Assembly: GCA_026706895.1 (NCBI GenBank)
Contig: JAPOXW010000029.1
Coordinates: forward strand, 28,335 to 92,334
DNA: 64,000 bases
Direction: 5' to 3'
Origin: Gammaproteobacteria bacterium
GTDB lineage: Bacteria > Pseudomonadota > Gammaproteobacteria > Poriferisulfidales > Poriferisulfidaceae
Below the pieces are notes generated by a model that was given only the letters and a program-made list of their open reading frames with translations, was not told the origin of the DNA and ran no database searches. Position numbers and translations under genes: made by a program. This document shows positions 24,140 through 33,800 of the stretch, one piece after another (position 1 is the first letter of the stretch; each line of letters starts with the position of its first letter).

Positions 24140-25033
24140 ATGTCCGACGTCGATGCAATCGATGCATTCCTTGACAGCAGCTGGGCGGAGCAGGGACTCG
24201 CTCGCTCGACGATGCTGGCGTATCGATCTGATTTAACAGGGTTTTCAAAATGGCTCAACGCTCAGGGCGCGAGCCTGCGCGCGGCGGATGGCGGCGACAT
24301 CCAGATGTATCTGGCCTCCCGGCTCCAAAAGGGCATGCAGGCCAGCAGCGTGGCGCGCATCCTGTCGGCGATTCGGCTGTTCTACCGCTATGCGAAGCGG
24401 CATGCCCTGCGCAGTGACGATCCCTGTACGCAGATCATTACCCCGAAGCCGTCCCGATACCTGCCCTCCGTATTGAGCGAACAGGAAATCGAAACCCTGC
24501 TGAACACGCCGGACACGGACACCCCTAAAGGACTGCGGGACCGCGCCATGCTGGAACTGCTGTATGCCTGCGGACTCAGGGTGAGTGAACTGGTCACCCT
24601 GAAACAGGGCCAGATCAACATGAAAACCGGAGTCTTGCGCCTGATGGGGAAAGGCATGAAGGAACGACTGGTGCCGATCGGCGAATGCGCGACCGATTGG
24701 CTGGAGCGTTACCTCCGGGATTCCCGGCCGGCGTTATTGAAAGACCGCCCCCGGACCGAGGATCTGTTTGTCACCCGCCAGGGCCGGGCGATGACCCGCC
24801 AGGCTTTCTGGCAGATGCTGCGTCAAGTGGCCCGGAAGGCCGGCATCACCAAACCGCTGACGCCACATACGTTAAGACACACGTTCGCCACGCACCTGCT
24901 CAACCATGGGGCGGACTTGCGGGTGGTGCAGATGTTGCTCGGCCACAGCGATCTCGCTACGACTCAAATCTACACTCACGTCGCCCATGACAAACTCAAA
25001 GACATGCACCGGGTTCACCACCCCCGTGGCTAG
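24140..25033 (+). CDS. xerD: Tyrosine recombinase XerD
   Basis: [47 protein letters not shown] and TTQIY; precedes dsbC. Confidence 0.96.
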   Translation: MSDVDAIDAFLDSSWAEQGLARSTMLAYRSDLTGFSKWLNAQGASLRAADGGDIQMYLASRLQKGMQASSVARILSAIRLFYRYAKRHALRSDDPCTQIITPKPSRYLPSVLSEQEIETLLNTPDTDTPKGLRDRAMLELLYACGLRVSELVTLKQGQINMKTGVLRLMGKGMKERLVPIGECATDWLERYLRDSRPALLKDRPRTEDLFVTRQGRAMTRQAFWQMLRQVARKAGITKPLTPHTLRHTFATHLLNHGADLRVVQMLLGHSDLATTQIYTHVAHDKLKDMHRVHHPRG

Positions 25034-25736
25034 ACGGGTCCTGCTGTTCGGCACCTTGCTGCTTGCGGCCGCGGTTTCCGCGGAAACGAACAGCGAGCAG
25101 CTCCGGGGACGCCTGCAACTGCTGATACCGGGCCACACGCCGGACCAGATCCGCCCCTCGCCGTCGCCGGGCTTGTACGAAGTGCTGTACGGCGCAGACA
25201 TTTTTTACATCACGAGTGACGGAAAGCACCTGTTCACGGACGGCAATCTGATCGATGTGGACAGCCGGATCAATCTGACGGAGATTTCCCGGGCCGAGGT
25301 TCGGGCGAGACTGCTGGACGCTTACGGCAAGGACAAAATGCTGGTCTTCCCGGCGACCATGTCGCGCCGCCATTCGCTCGTCGTGGTGACGGATATCGAC
25401 TGCCCGTACTGCCAGAGATTCCATGAGCATATCGAGGAACTCAACGATGCCGGAATCGAAGTCCGCTATCTGCTGTACCCGCGGGCCGGCGAGGGGAGCG
25501 AGAGTTATCGGAAGTCGGTCAGCGTCTGGTGCTCCAATGATCCCCTGGATGCGCTGACCCGTGCCAAGCGTCGAGAGTCGATCTCGCCGAAGACCTGTGC
25601 GAACCCGGTCCTGGAGCACATGGACCTGGTTGAGCGAATCAACATCCGGTCGACCCCCTCCATTTTCCTGTCGGACGGTTCGCTGATTCGCGGCTACCGC
25701 CCGCCGGCGGAGATTCTGGGCCTGCTCGGCGACTGA
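25026..25736 (+). CDS. dsbC: Disulfide isomerase DsbC
   Basis: Signal peptide, [16 protein letters not shown] and a cis-Pro TP motif. GTG start overlaps the xerD end. Confidence 0.9.
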   Translation: MARRVLLFGTLLLAAAVSAETNSEQLRGRLQLLIPGHTPDQIRPSPSPGLYEVLYGADIFYITSDGKHLFTDGNLIDVDSRINLTEISRAEVRARLLDAYGKDKMLVFPATMSRRHSLVVVTDIDCPYCQRFHEHIEELNDAGIEVRYLLYPRAGEGSESYRKSVSVWCSNDPLDALTRAKRRESISPKTCANPVLEHMDLVERINIRSTPSIFLSDGSLIRGYRPPAEILGLLGD

Positions 25737-25745
25737 TTCCGGGTC

Positions 25746-28700
25746 CTACGGATCAGGCATGTCGTGCAGCTGGCGGCTGCGCGTGAACAGCAGGGAGCAG
25801 CGCACCGGGCGGTCGGGGTAGACGAGGCGGATGTAGCGGGCGTATTCGTTCATCTGCCCCTCATAATGCTTGGCGATTCCAGCCAATTCTTCCGGGTCCT
25901 TTGTGGCATGGGACTTGAAGTCGATGATCCAGGCCATGTCTGGAGAGAGCAGTAGCCGGTCGATGATGCCGAATCCCTCGCCCGTTTCGGTCCTGCAGAG
26001 CACGGGGACTTCCGCGTACACGCGGGTCTCGGGATCGGGCCGGAAAACCGGATCCAACTCCGGGTCGGCGACTACTCGACGGGCTTCGTCCGACCAATCT
26101 TGGAAATCGGGATCTTCAAGGTCGTGGTTATAGTTATTTGCCAGGCGCTCGAGCTCGGCCCGGTCCGGGTCGCCGGCTTCCAGCAGTTCGATCAGGGCAT
26201 GGATGACGCGCCCGCGTTCCAGCGCGTGCTGCCGTTCCAGGATTCCGTCCGTGCCTCCGGTTTTTCCGGCTTCGTCCAATTCGTCGATCATGCTTGGCGA
26301 TGCCGTGCCCGGAAGTGCGAATGGTTCGTCCAGCCCGGTGCAGTCCGTCACCGGCCCGGAAGGGGGAGGCGCGGTCTCGGCAGATAGAGTGGGCGGCTTC
26401 GGGCCCCGGGCCAGCAACTTGGCTTCCTTCCCGGGCGCCCCGGGGAACAATTCCCGAAGTTCTTCGTGGAGTTCCTCGTACTGGCAGAGGATCAGCATCT
26501 GCCGGGCACGGGTAAACGCGACATAAGCGCGGTTAAGTTCTTCTGCCCGTCTTTTCTGGCGTGCCAGCTCCAGGCATTCCAGCGAGCAGGAATCCATGTC
26601 TTCCGTGCGGGGTCGGAACAGGAAACGCCGAGGGCGGGTTTCGTCGGCGGGCCAATCAAGCAGAATATCGCCGTGCCGGCCCTGCTTCCTGGGCTTGTCC
26701 AGTTCGGCGTATATGATGACTGGTTTCTCCAGACCCTTGGCTGCGTGCACGGTCAGGATCTGGACGCGGTCGTCCTGATCGTCTGATTTCAGGCTGACGA
26801 GATCGGGAGCGTCGTAGCCCTCGACGCGGCCGCAGCGCATTTCCTCGATGAAGTGGACGAAGGCTGCCGTGCTGGGGTAACGCCCACTGTCAAACTCCAG
26901 GGTCAGCTCGATGAAGCGGGTCAGGTTGCTGACCGCGCGCTCGCCGCGTTCTTCGTTCGGCCAAGCATCTCGGTAGCAGCGCAATGCATCCGTCTCGAAG
27001 TAAATCCGGTCCAGCAGGTCATGGGTGGGGATGTGACCGATCAGTTCCCGCCATTTTTTGAAGTCTCTGGCTGCACGCTGCAATGGATGATCCGGGTCTT
27101 TCTGTTGGGCTAGGATTTTCAGGCGTTCGGCCCAGTGTCCTGAGTCCGTGTCCGTGCGCGCCAGTTCCATCAATTCCTCATCCGTGATGTTGTACAGGGG
27201 GGAACGCAGCACCTGCACCAGGTGCAGGTCGTCTGCTGGGCGAATCAGGGACTGGAGCAGGGCCTGCATGTCCCGCACTTCCAGGTGGTTGAGCAGGGTC
27301 TGTCGGGATTGACGCGCGAAAGGGATCTTGAGCCGTGCCAATGCGTGCTCGATCTGCGGCACATGAGTGCGCCGGTTCACTAGAATCATGCAGTCGCGGT
27401 ACCGGGCGGCGCGGTCTCCAGACTCCCGGTCCTCGATGGCAACCCGTTCGTCGATGATTTGCCGGATCCGCTGGGCGATCTGGTCGGCCATCTGTTCCAG
27501 GTGGGTGGATCGGGTTTCGGGGCGGGGTTCGGTCAGGGGATTGCGCAGCGGCTCGCCGGGAAGACGCTCCGGCGGCTTGCCGCGTGACTCTTTCGGAATG
27601 AGCGGAAGCAATTCGACTCGTCCCCAGAGTTCCGCTAGATGAGTCTGGTGAGAGGGGAAATCTGGCAGAGGGAAGAGACCGTTCTCGCCGAAAGCATGAT
27701 TGACGAAATCGATGATAACCTTGGACGAACGGCGGGAGGCGTCCATGGAGGCGGGTTCGTCTGCCTGTAAATAGGACTGGAGATAGATGCCGGCCTCCTT
27801 TTGGATTTCCGGGTTGGCGCGCCGCCATTGGTAGATGGACTGCTTGGTGTCGCCGACGATGAACGCGGAACTGGGCTCATCTTCAGTTTCGTGCAGGGCT
27901 TCGAGGAAGACCTGCAGGGTTTGCCAGGACAGGGCGTCGGTGTCCTGGAATTCGTCGACCAGCACATGCCGGAAACGCTGTCCGAGCTTGTACTGGACCC
28001 ATTCGATGCCGCCGTTCATCAGCTGGTTCGCGAACCACAGCAGGTCGTCGTAGTCCATGTAGCCGTATGTCTGCTTCAGGCGCTGGTAGTTCTCGGCCAG
28101 CCGCCCGACGACTGTGTACCAATGACCGTTGAGTTTGCAGGCTTTCCGGCGCAGCAGCCCGTCCAGAGATTCGGAAGTTGACTGATGCCACGAATCAAGC
28201 TGCTGCTCGAGTTCCTTGGCATCGTTCTCGCCCAGGCGTTCCCGCACCGCATCTTGCGTCGGAATAAGCGAGTTCCGAATGCCTTCTCCCTCTGGATCGC
28301 CCAGGGCTTGGTGGATATGGCGGATCTGTTCGAGGCTCCCGGTCTCGTCTTCTTCAAGGGCACGGCACAGTTTGACCGCGGCTCGGGCCTGGTTGGACTT
28401 CTCCGAGGCGCCGCTTTTTTCCAAAAGGCCCGCAAGACGACGAATCCCCGGCTCGATTTCGGAAATCCGGACAGGGTCCGAAGCTTCGTTCAGGCGAAAA
28501 ACCTCATCGTGCAGGTGCGTGCGCAATTGTTCCGGGGTGAATTCGCCTTCGAAAGCGCGCCATTCCAGAATATGTTCCCGAAATCCCGCCAGGACGCGGC
28601 GCAGGTTCCATAGGTTCGGAACTTCCGCCATGATCGCGTTCATGGATTCGGCCAATTCGCTGCCGGGGTTGCGATGGGTCTCCTCGAAAAGCAGGTATTC

Positions 28701-29153
28701 TGCATCCTGGTGTAAGCGGGCGGCCTGTTCCCTTTGCGGGATCGCGAATCCGGCGGGGACCCCAGCCTCCAAAGGGAAGCGCTGCAGCAGTTCTTGGAAG
28801 AAGGAATGGAAGGTCGCGATGCGGATGCCCTGATCCGCGAACTGCACGGTTTCGAACAGTGCCCGGGCGCGATCCAGATGCTGTTCCGGTTCGTCGACGC
28901 CGATCTTCCTCAGGTCCTCAATCAGGTCCGGATCGTCGAGGGCAAGCCAGTCGGCCAGCCTCTCGGTCAGGCGCTGCTGGATTTCTGCCGCTGCCTTGCG
29001 GGTGAAGGTGATGGCTAGGATGGAATCGGGTTCGGCGCCCGCCAGCAACAGGCGCAGGATGCGTGCCACCAACAGCCAAGTCTTCCCAGTTCCCGCCGAC
29101 GCGAAGACAGCGACGCTTTTTTTCGGATCAGCGGGGGCCAGTGAGTCGGTCAT
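25746..29153 (-). CDS. addA: AddA/RecB-like UvrD helicase-nuclease
   Basis: ASAGTGKT, AITFTRKAAAE, LVDEFQDT, VGDTKQSIY, TVHAAKGLE, and the C-terminal nuclease motif GIIDRL...IIDFKS. Confidence 0.9.
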   Translation of the reverse strand: MTDSLAPADPKKSVAVFASAGTGKTWLLVARILRLLLAGAEPDSILAITFTRKAAAEIQQRLTERLADWLALDDPDLIEDLRKIGVDEPEQHLDRARALFETVQFADQGIRIATFHSFFQELLQRFPLEAGVPAGFAIPQREQAARLHQDAEYLLFEETHRNPGSELAESMNAIMAEVPNLWNLRRVLAGFREHILEWRAFEGEFTPEQLRTHLHDEVFRLNEASDPVRISEIEPGIRRLAGLLEKSGASEKSNQARAAVKLCRALEEDETGSLEQIRHIHQALGDPEGEGIRNSLIPTQDAVRERLGENDAKELEQQLDSWHQSTSESLDGLLRRKACKLNGHWYTVVGRLAENYQRLKQTYGYMDYDDLLWFANQLMNGGIEWVQYKLGQRFRHVLVDEFQDTDALSWQTLQVFLEALHETEDEPSSAFIVGDTKQSIYQWRRANPEIQKEAGIYLQSYLQADEPASMDASRRSSKVIIDFVNHAFGENGLFPLPDFPSHQTHLAELWGRVELLPLIPKESRGKPPERLPGEPLRNPLTEPRPETRSTHLEQMADQIAQRIRQIIDERVAIEDRESGDRAARYRDCMILVNRRTHVPQIEHALARLKIPFARQSRQTLLNHLEVRDMQALLQSLIRPADDLHLVQVLRSPLYNITDEELMELARTDTDSGHWAERLKILAQQKDPDHPLQRAARDFKKWRELIGHIPTHDLLDRIYFETDALRCYRDAWPNEERGERAVSNLTRFIELTLEFDSGRYPSTAAFVHFIEEMRCGRVEGYDAPDLVSLKSDDQDDRVQILTVHAAKGLEKPVIIYAELDKPRKQGRHGDILLDWPADETRPRRFLFRPRTEDMDSCSLECLELARQKRRAEELNRAYVAFTRARQMLILCQYEELHEELRELFPGAPGKEAKLLARGPKPPTLSAETAPPPSGPVTDCTGLDEPFALPGTASPSMIDELDEAGKTGGTDGILERQHALERGRVIHALIELLEAGDPDRAELERLANNYNHDLEDPDFQDWSDEARRVVADPELDPVFRPDPETRVYAEVPVLCRTETGEGFGIIDRLLLSPDMAWIIDFKSHATKDPEELAGIAKHYEGQMNEYARYIRLVYPDRPVRCSLLFTRSRQLHDMPDP

Positions 29154-29184
29154 GTGGACCGGGCAAGGTGTTGGAGAGGCTGGG

Positions 29185-29207
29185 ATGGTGCGATGGCCGG
29201 ACTTGAA
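29185..29207. repeat. Degenerate att-like copy of the tRNA-Leu 3' end
   Basis: ATGGTGCGATGGCCGGACTTGAA versus ATGGTGCCGATGGCCGGACTCGAA at 45214-45237 (one indel, one substitution). It lies exactly at the GC-to-AT transition. Confidence 0.85.
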
Positions 29208-29300
29208 TTTTTTAATAAACAACTATTAGGTGCAAGTATATAATTCCCATTATTAATGGGTCAGCCAGTGTAAATCATAAAAGTCTATACCAGTAATTTC

Positions 29301-29500
29301 CATTTTATCAATCCTGAAATTCACCAACTGGAACTGTTCCTTGCAGAACTCGCACGGCCATTGCGCCGCAGGAACCCGACCACGGGGAAATGGGAACTGG
29401 ACAAGCGCGGCGGGGACGAAAACGCAGAGAGCCCCGACACCTTCGACGCGGCGTGCCTGGCGTATTGCAGGGATTCGGACTACGGGCTAAAGGCCCGCGG
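29301..29500 (+). pseudogene. Phage terminase large-subunit C-terminal remnant
   Basis: Manual translation FINPEIHQLELFLAELARPLRRRNPTTGKWELDKRGGDENAESPDTFDAACLAY resembles the 'ELS.P...GK...DK...SP..ADA' terminase tail. The N-terminal ATPase part is missing. Confidence 0.55.
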
Positions 29501-29776
29501 AGGGGTGATTTGGCGGCGTGTGGAACGCCCGACCTTGTCGCCGAAGCGTTCGGCAATGCTTTTCCGGGTGGCCTTGACCGGAATCGTCTGACGCTTCGGA
29601 TTGATGAATTTCAACATGGACGGGTAGCGGGCGCTGATGGCAACGTGTTCAAGGGCCGAGTGGCGGTCGTCGCTCAGAAGCTGGAAGACCGGCATATTCG
29701 TTTTAATTTCGCCGTAGGCGATATAAAACGTATCGTCGCCGTCGTCGAACTCAACCAGGTAGATTTCTTTCACCAT
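29480..29776 (-). CDS. Small hypothetical protein, possible phage relic
   Basis: ATG 29776 preceded by GCAGGACT; reads MVKEIYLVEFDDGDDTFY...; sits in the GC-richer patch next to the terminase relic. Confidence 0.35.
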   Translation of the reverse strand: MVKEIYLVEFDDGDDTFYIAYGEIKTNMPVFQLLSDDRHSALEHVAISARYPSMLKFINPKRQTIPVKATRKSIAERFGDKVGRSTRRQITPPRAFSP

Positions 29777-29861
29777 AGTCCTGCACCTATATATAAGCGT
29801 ATCATAGACGCAGTATTCCGAGTTTCCGTCCAGCCGGTAGGAACAATGCAGGGAATTATGC

Positions 29862-31211
29862 ATGTATGACGTTTTAATAATTGGTGCAGGAACCGCAGGT
29901 ATTGCAGCAGCCAAACAATTGGAAAAATTGAATGCCAAATATTTGCTGATAGAAGAGGGAGATGGGGGTACGACGTGTGCAAAGACGGGATGTATGCCAT
30001 CTAAAGGGCTAATTGAAATCGCAAAGAAGGTTAATAATATTCAGTCTTTAACTAAAGATAATTTTATCCAACAAAATCAATTCAAAATTGATACTGCTTC
30101 TGTGCTGAAAAAAGTACGTACACTTAGAGATCATTTTGTCAAGAGAGCAATTAAAGGGAGTGAAAAATTTCCTCGAATCAAAGGAAGTGCAAAATTTATT
30201 GATACCAATACCATTGAAGTCAATGGGGAAAAAATATCGGCAAACAATATAATTATTGCAAATGGCTCAAGGCCGAGAATACCGGATGTATTTGAAGAGG
30301 TAAAATCCAAAATATTAACTACTGACAATTTTTTTGAACAAGAAAAGCTGCCAGATAGCATAGCTGTTGTCGGGCTGGGTATTATCGGGGTAGAGTTTGC
30401 TCAAGCTCTTGCAAGATTGGGAGTAAAAGTACAAGTATATGAAGAATATAAAACAATAGCAGGAATACAAGATGAAAAAGTTTTTCATCATGCACTTTCT
30501 CTTCAACAGCAGTACTACCCGATTCACTTTAATACCAAGATCGAAAAAGTAACTGAGCAAGCAGGGAAGTTCTTGATTGAGTGGAAAAATGGTCGATTAG
30601 AAGTTGACCAAGTATTGTTGTGTGCTGGAAGAGAATCCAATATTGATCAATTGAACTTGGGAAAACTAGGGTTAGATACTACGGACACAGCAAACACGTT
30701 ATATGACCCCTGCACGTTGCAGATAAATGATTTTCCAATTTATGTGGCCGGTGATGTTAGTTCCAAGAAAATGGTGGTGCATGAAGCCGCGGAAGAAGCA
30801 AGAGTTGCGGTATACAATGCGATGCATACTAAAAAGAAAAAACTTGCAAAGCCTGCTTTAAATATAGTTTTTACTGACCCGCCCATAGCAAGAGTAGGCC
30901 AGTCATTAAATGAACTCGACCAGGAAAAGTGTGTTATTGGTGAATTCGATTTTGCTCTGCAAGGGCGTGCAACTTTAAAAGGGGAAAATCATGGCGTTGT
31001 ACGGGTTTATGTGAATTCAAGAAACGATCATATTCTCGGTGCAGAAATGATAGCCCCAGGTGCGGAAAATTTTGCACATTTGTTAATGATGGCCATTCAA
31101 AATGAGATTCCATTACACAAGCTATTACGACTACCTATCTATCATCCGGTTTTGGAAGAAGGATTACGCCAAGCATTAGTTAATGCAAAAAGCAAGTCAG
31201 CAGTTACATAA
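29862..31211 (+). CDS. Dihydrolipoamide dehydrogenase-like disulfide oxidoreductase (stand-alone)
   Basis: GAGTAG FAD motif, CAKTGC redox disulfide, GLGIIG and the YHPVLEE His-Glu dyad. Confidence 0.9.
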   Translation: MYDVLIIGAGTAGIAAAKQLEKLNAKYLLIEEGDGGTTCAKTGCMPSKGLIEIAKKVNNIQSLTKDNFIQQNQFKIDTASVLKKVRTLRDHFVKRAIKGSEKFPRIKGSAKFIDTNTIEVNGEKISANNIIIANGSRPRIPDVFEEVKSKILTTDNFFEQEKLPDSIAVVGLGIIGVEFAQALARLGVKVQVYEEYKTIAGIQDEKVFHHALSLQQQYYPIHFNTKIEKVTEQAGKFLIEWKNGRLEVDQVLLCAGRESNIDQLNLGKLGLDTTDTANTLYDPCTLQINDFPIYVAGDVSSKKMVVHEAAEEARVAVYNAMHTKKKKLAKPALNIVFTDPPIARVGQSLNELDQEKCVIGEFDFALQGRATLKGENHGVVRVYVNSRNDHILGAEMIAPGAENFAHLLMMAIQNEIPLHKLLRLPIYHPVLEEGLRQALVNAKSKSAVT

Positions 31212-31259
31212 GCTTTCCCGTTGCGCGTGAGGCACCTGGGACACCCGCCGCAGGCCCGC

Positions 31260-31394
31260 CGGCAATGGGCCAAATGGGAGGCCGCCTACAACCGTGTCCG
31301 ACCTCACGAAAGCCTCGACCTGATGACTCCGCTAGAACACGTCAAGGTGCATCCGCCAAGCGAGGCTTGTTCCGATATGTAGCGAACCTGCACA
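31260..31394 (+). mobile_element. IS481-like transposase 3' remnant with probable right end
   Basis: Frame QWAKWEAAYNRVRPHESLDLMTPLE...SDM* contains the YNxxRPHxSL integrase-core tail. It is followed by ...CGAACCTGCACA (ACA terminus) in a GC-rich patch. Confidence 0.75.
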
Positions 31395-31486
31395 GGGACT
31401 ATCTTTTAATATTTAAAAGCATAAACTACAACCTAGTACTTGATAGTACTTAAGAATTTAGAGGTCAACCCAAGAGAGGCATCATT

Positions 31487-32599
31487 ATGAAAATCAGAGA
31501 TGAAGAGGTGCTTATACCTACCAGTATTGTAGGTAATTATCCTAACCCGCGTTGGTGGGATACGTTGTGGGCGACCAATTTTTCGGGAGACCAGGCGCCA
31601 CCGGATGCGAAAGAGCGAGAAGCATTGGAGGACGCAATAGCCACTATGGCGCACGATCAAGAAATGGCAGGGCTGGACATTATTTCGGATGGCCGGGTAC
31701 AAGGCGATAATTATGTTGATCAAATCGTGTACTACTACCTTAAGCGTCTTGGCTACAGCATGCATGGGGAATACCTGGCCACACCACTTTATAGTGACTT
31801 ACACTCCGCGACCTGCCATCAAGAAATCAAACGCTACGGCCCAATCATGATTCAACAGGCCAGGGCATTGAAACGGGCTACTGACAAACCGATTAAAGTG
31901 CAATACACGGGGGTTCAAGCTTTGGCTCAATGTACAAATGATTATTACTACAAGTCCAGTTATGATCGAGCGATGGCAATTGCCACAGCACTGAACGAAG
32001 AACTCCTTGAATTAGACGAGATGGGTGTAGACTTCATTCAATTGGACGAGTTTACATGGCCTTACCTTTTTGAAGATTGGGCGATAGAGGCCTACAACCG
32101 ATGTGTGGCAGGTGTCAAAAACTCCAAGATTGTCACACATGTCTGCTGGGGAAACTACAAAGGTACTTACGGGTATTACATGGAAGAAGGAGCAGACGAT
32201 TTTGATATCACCAAGCGAGCAGGTGAAAATCCAACGAATCGAGCTGAATCCATCATACCGAAATGTTATGAGGCGAACCTGGATGTCATTAACATAGAAA
32301 ACTGTGGCAGATGTGAGGGCGAACTGGATGTTCTGGAAACACATCCGCTGCCGGATAACATGTACTTTTGGGCAGGGGTCATCGATATCAAGAGCACGAT
32401 TGTTGAAACCGCTGACCAGGTAGCTGATCGTATCCGGGGCCTGCTCAAGTATGTTCCTGCCGACCGCCTTGGGGTTACAACCGATTGTGGTCTTATTCAC
32501 TTTTGGCGCTACATCGCCTATGAAAAAATGCGTGCTCTTGTTGAAGGAACAAAAATCGTGCGTGAAGAATTGCAAAAGGAATTAAAGAGAGCTGCATGA
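31487..32599 (+). CDS. xecA: Epoxyalkane:coenzyme M transferase (2-hydroxyalkyl-CoM lyase), MetE-like Zn enzyme
   Basis: IPTSIVGNYPNPRWWD, DIISDGRV.GDNY, KVQYTGVQAL and DEFTWPY.FEDWAIEA closely match Xanthobacter XecA as recalled. Zn ligands HVC...TTDCG. CoM synthesis genes lie downstream. Confidence 0.88.
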   Translation: MKIRDEEVLIPTSIVGNYPNPRWWDTLWATNFSGDQAPPDAKEREALEDAIATMAHDQEMAGLDIISDGRVQGDNYVDQIVYYYLKRLGYSMHGEYLATPLYSDLHSATCHQEIKRYGPIMIQQARALKRATDKPIKVQYTGVQALAQCTNDYYYKSSYDRAMAIATALNEELLELDEMGVDFIQLDEFTWPYLFEDWAIEAYNRCVAGVKNSKIVTHVCWGNYKGTYGYYMEEGADDFDITKRAGENPTNRAESIIPKCYEANLDVINIENCGRCEGELDVLETHPLPDNMYFWAGVIDIKSTIVETADQVADRIRGLLKYVPADRLGVTTDCGLIHFWRYIAYEKMRALVEGTKIVREELQKELKRAA

Positions 32600-32639
32600 T
32601 GCACTGATCGAAAATAAAGTTAATGGAGATTCTGTATCC

Positions 32640-32849
32640 ATGCCGGTTCTAACCTTATGGTGCGCGGATTGTGAACGGGAGTTCAAAGGCATGGTTATGA
32701 CTGGTGCGAAAGTTCCTGATGTGTGGGTTTGCGTGGTCTGTAAAAGTGATCGCGCAAGTCCAATACACGAAGATCATCATTCACATCCCTGGGCGAAAGA
32801 TCCATGCGATCATGATTCTCATAGGACCTGCCCTTGCTGCGTAGTGTAA
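32640..32849 (+). CDS. Small Cys/His-rich zinc-ribbon protein (XecB-like position and size)
   Basis: CADC, CVVC, CPCC and a His cluster; RBS GGAG; directly after xecA. Confidence 0.7.
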   Translation: MPVLTLWCADCEREFKGMVMTGAKVPDVWVCVVCKSDRASPIHEDHHSHPWAKDPCDHDSHRTCPCCVV

Positions 32850-32853
32850 TCGT

Positions 32854-33798
32854 GTGTTGACTCGCCACTCGACCGCAGAGAACAAATCTACCAGCATTGA
32901 AGCACTAGCTTCACAAGTTAAATCCGGAGATTGTGTAGCAGTCGGAGGTGGCTTGTCATCACGTGAGCCGATGGCTCTGATCCGTTCAATCATCCGCAAT
33001 CGTGTTAACGGTTTGACAGTGGTCGGTTCTGCACACGGAATTGACATCGATTTGCTGTGTGGTGCAAATGCGGTTTCTGCGTCTCAAGAAAGTTATGTAG
33101 GGTTTGAACAAGATTTTGGCATGGCGCACAACTATCGACGAGGATGTGAAAGTGGCGAAATAGAAATTCAGGACAATTGCTGCTATACGCTTGTTCAACA
33201 ACTTCGTGCCTCGATACAAGGCTTACCATTTATGCCCATTCAATCAGTAAGAGGCACCGATTTTGAAAAAAATCATCCAAGTTATAAAACGATACAGAGT
33301 CCTTATTCGGGAGAGGACATATTAGTTGTTCCACCTCTTACACCGGATGTGGCAATTATTCATGCCCAATATGCCGACTTGCATGGCAATTTGAGGATTG
33401 AAGGTCCTCCAGTCGTTGACTTGCTGTTTGCGCAGGCATCAAGAACAGTATTGGCAACAGTTGAAAAGATCGTAACAAATGAAGAATTGAAGCGTCTCGG
33501 TGGTGCAAATATTCCGTACTTTTATGTGTCATACATTGCTGAAGCACCCATGGGCGCTCATCCGACCGCTTGCTATCCATTTTATGCCTATGATCGTGAA
33601 CATACCGAGTTATACATGTCTGCTGCGAAAGAAGGTTCAACAGCGTTCAAAAAAAAATATTTGAAAGATTTCGTATATGAATGTGAAAGTCATGAAGAAT
33701 ACCTGCATCGCATTGGCGGAGAAGATACACGTGTAAGACTATCTAGCTGGAAGGAATCAACTGATGCTTGGATGGAGTTATACAAGGAAAGTACATAA
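32854..33798 (+). CDS. Class I CoA-transferase alpha subunit (GctA/IpdA-like)
   Basis: GD.VAVGG...R.PMALIR, DIDLL, GLPFMP...RGTD, PDVAIIHAQYAD..GN and PMGAHP motifs. Confidence 0.88.
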   Translation: MLTRHSTAENKSTSIEALASQVKSGDCVAVGGGLSSREPMALIRSIIRNRVNGLTVVGSAHGIDIDLLCGANAVSASQESYVGFEQDFGMAHNYRRGCESGEIEIQDNCCYTLVQQLRASIQGLPFMPIQSVRGTDFEKNHPSYKTIQSPYSGEDILVVPPLTPDVAIIHAQYADLHGNLRIEGPPVVDLLFAQASRTVLATVEKIVTNEELKRLGGANIPYFYVSYIAEAPMGAHPTACYPFYAYDREHTELYMSAAKEGSTAFKKKYLKDFVYECESHEEYLHRIGGEDTRVRLSSWKESTDAWMELYKEST

Positions 33799-33800
33799 AT

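Noticed and set aside
24140-25033. Integrase of the tRNA-Leu island
   Set aside because: Canonical XerD in xerD-dsbC context, outside the att repeats, with host-like GC.
29862-31211. 2-KPCC (xecC)
   Set aside because: It keeps the standard His-Glu dyad and a CAKTGC motif, and lacks the long N-terminal extension and CPHNAC-type motif of 2-KPCC.
31487-32599. Cobalamin-independent methionine synthase (metE)
   Set aside because: Single half-size domain with no folate-binding N-half; motifs match XecA and CoM genes are adjacent.
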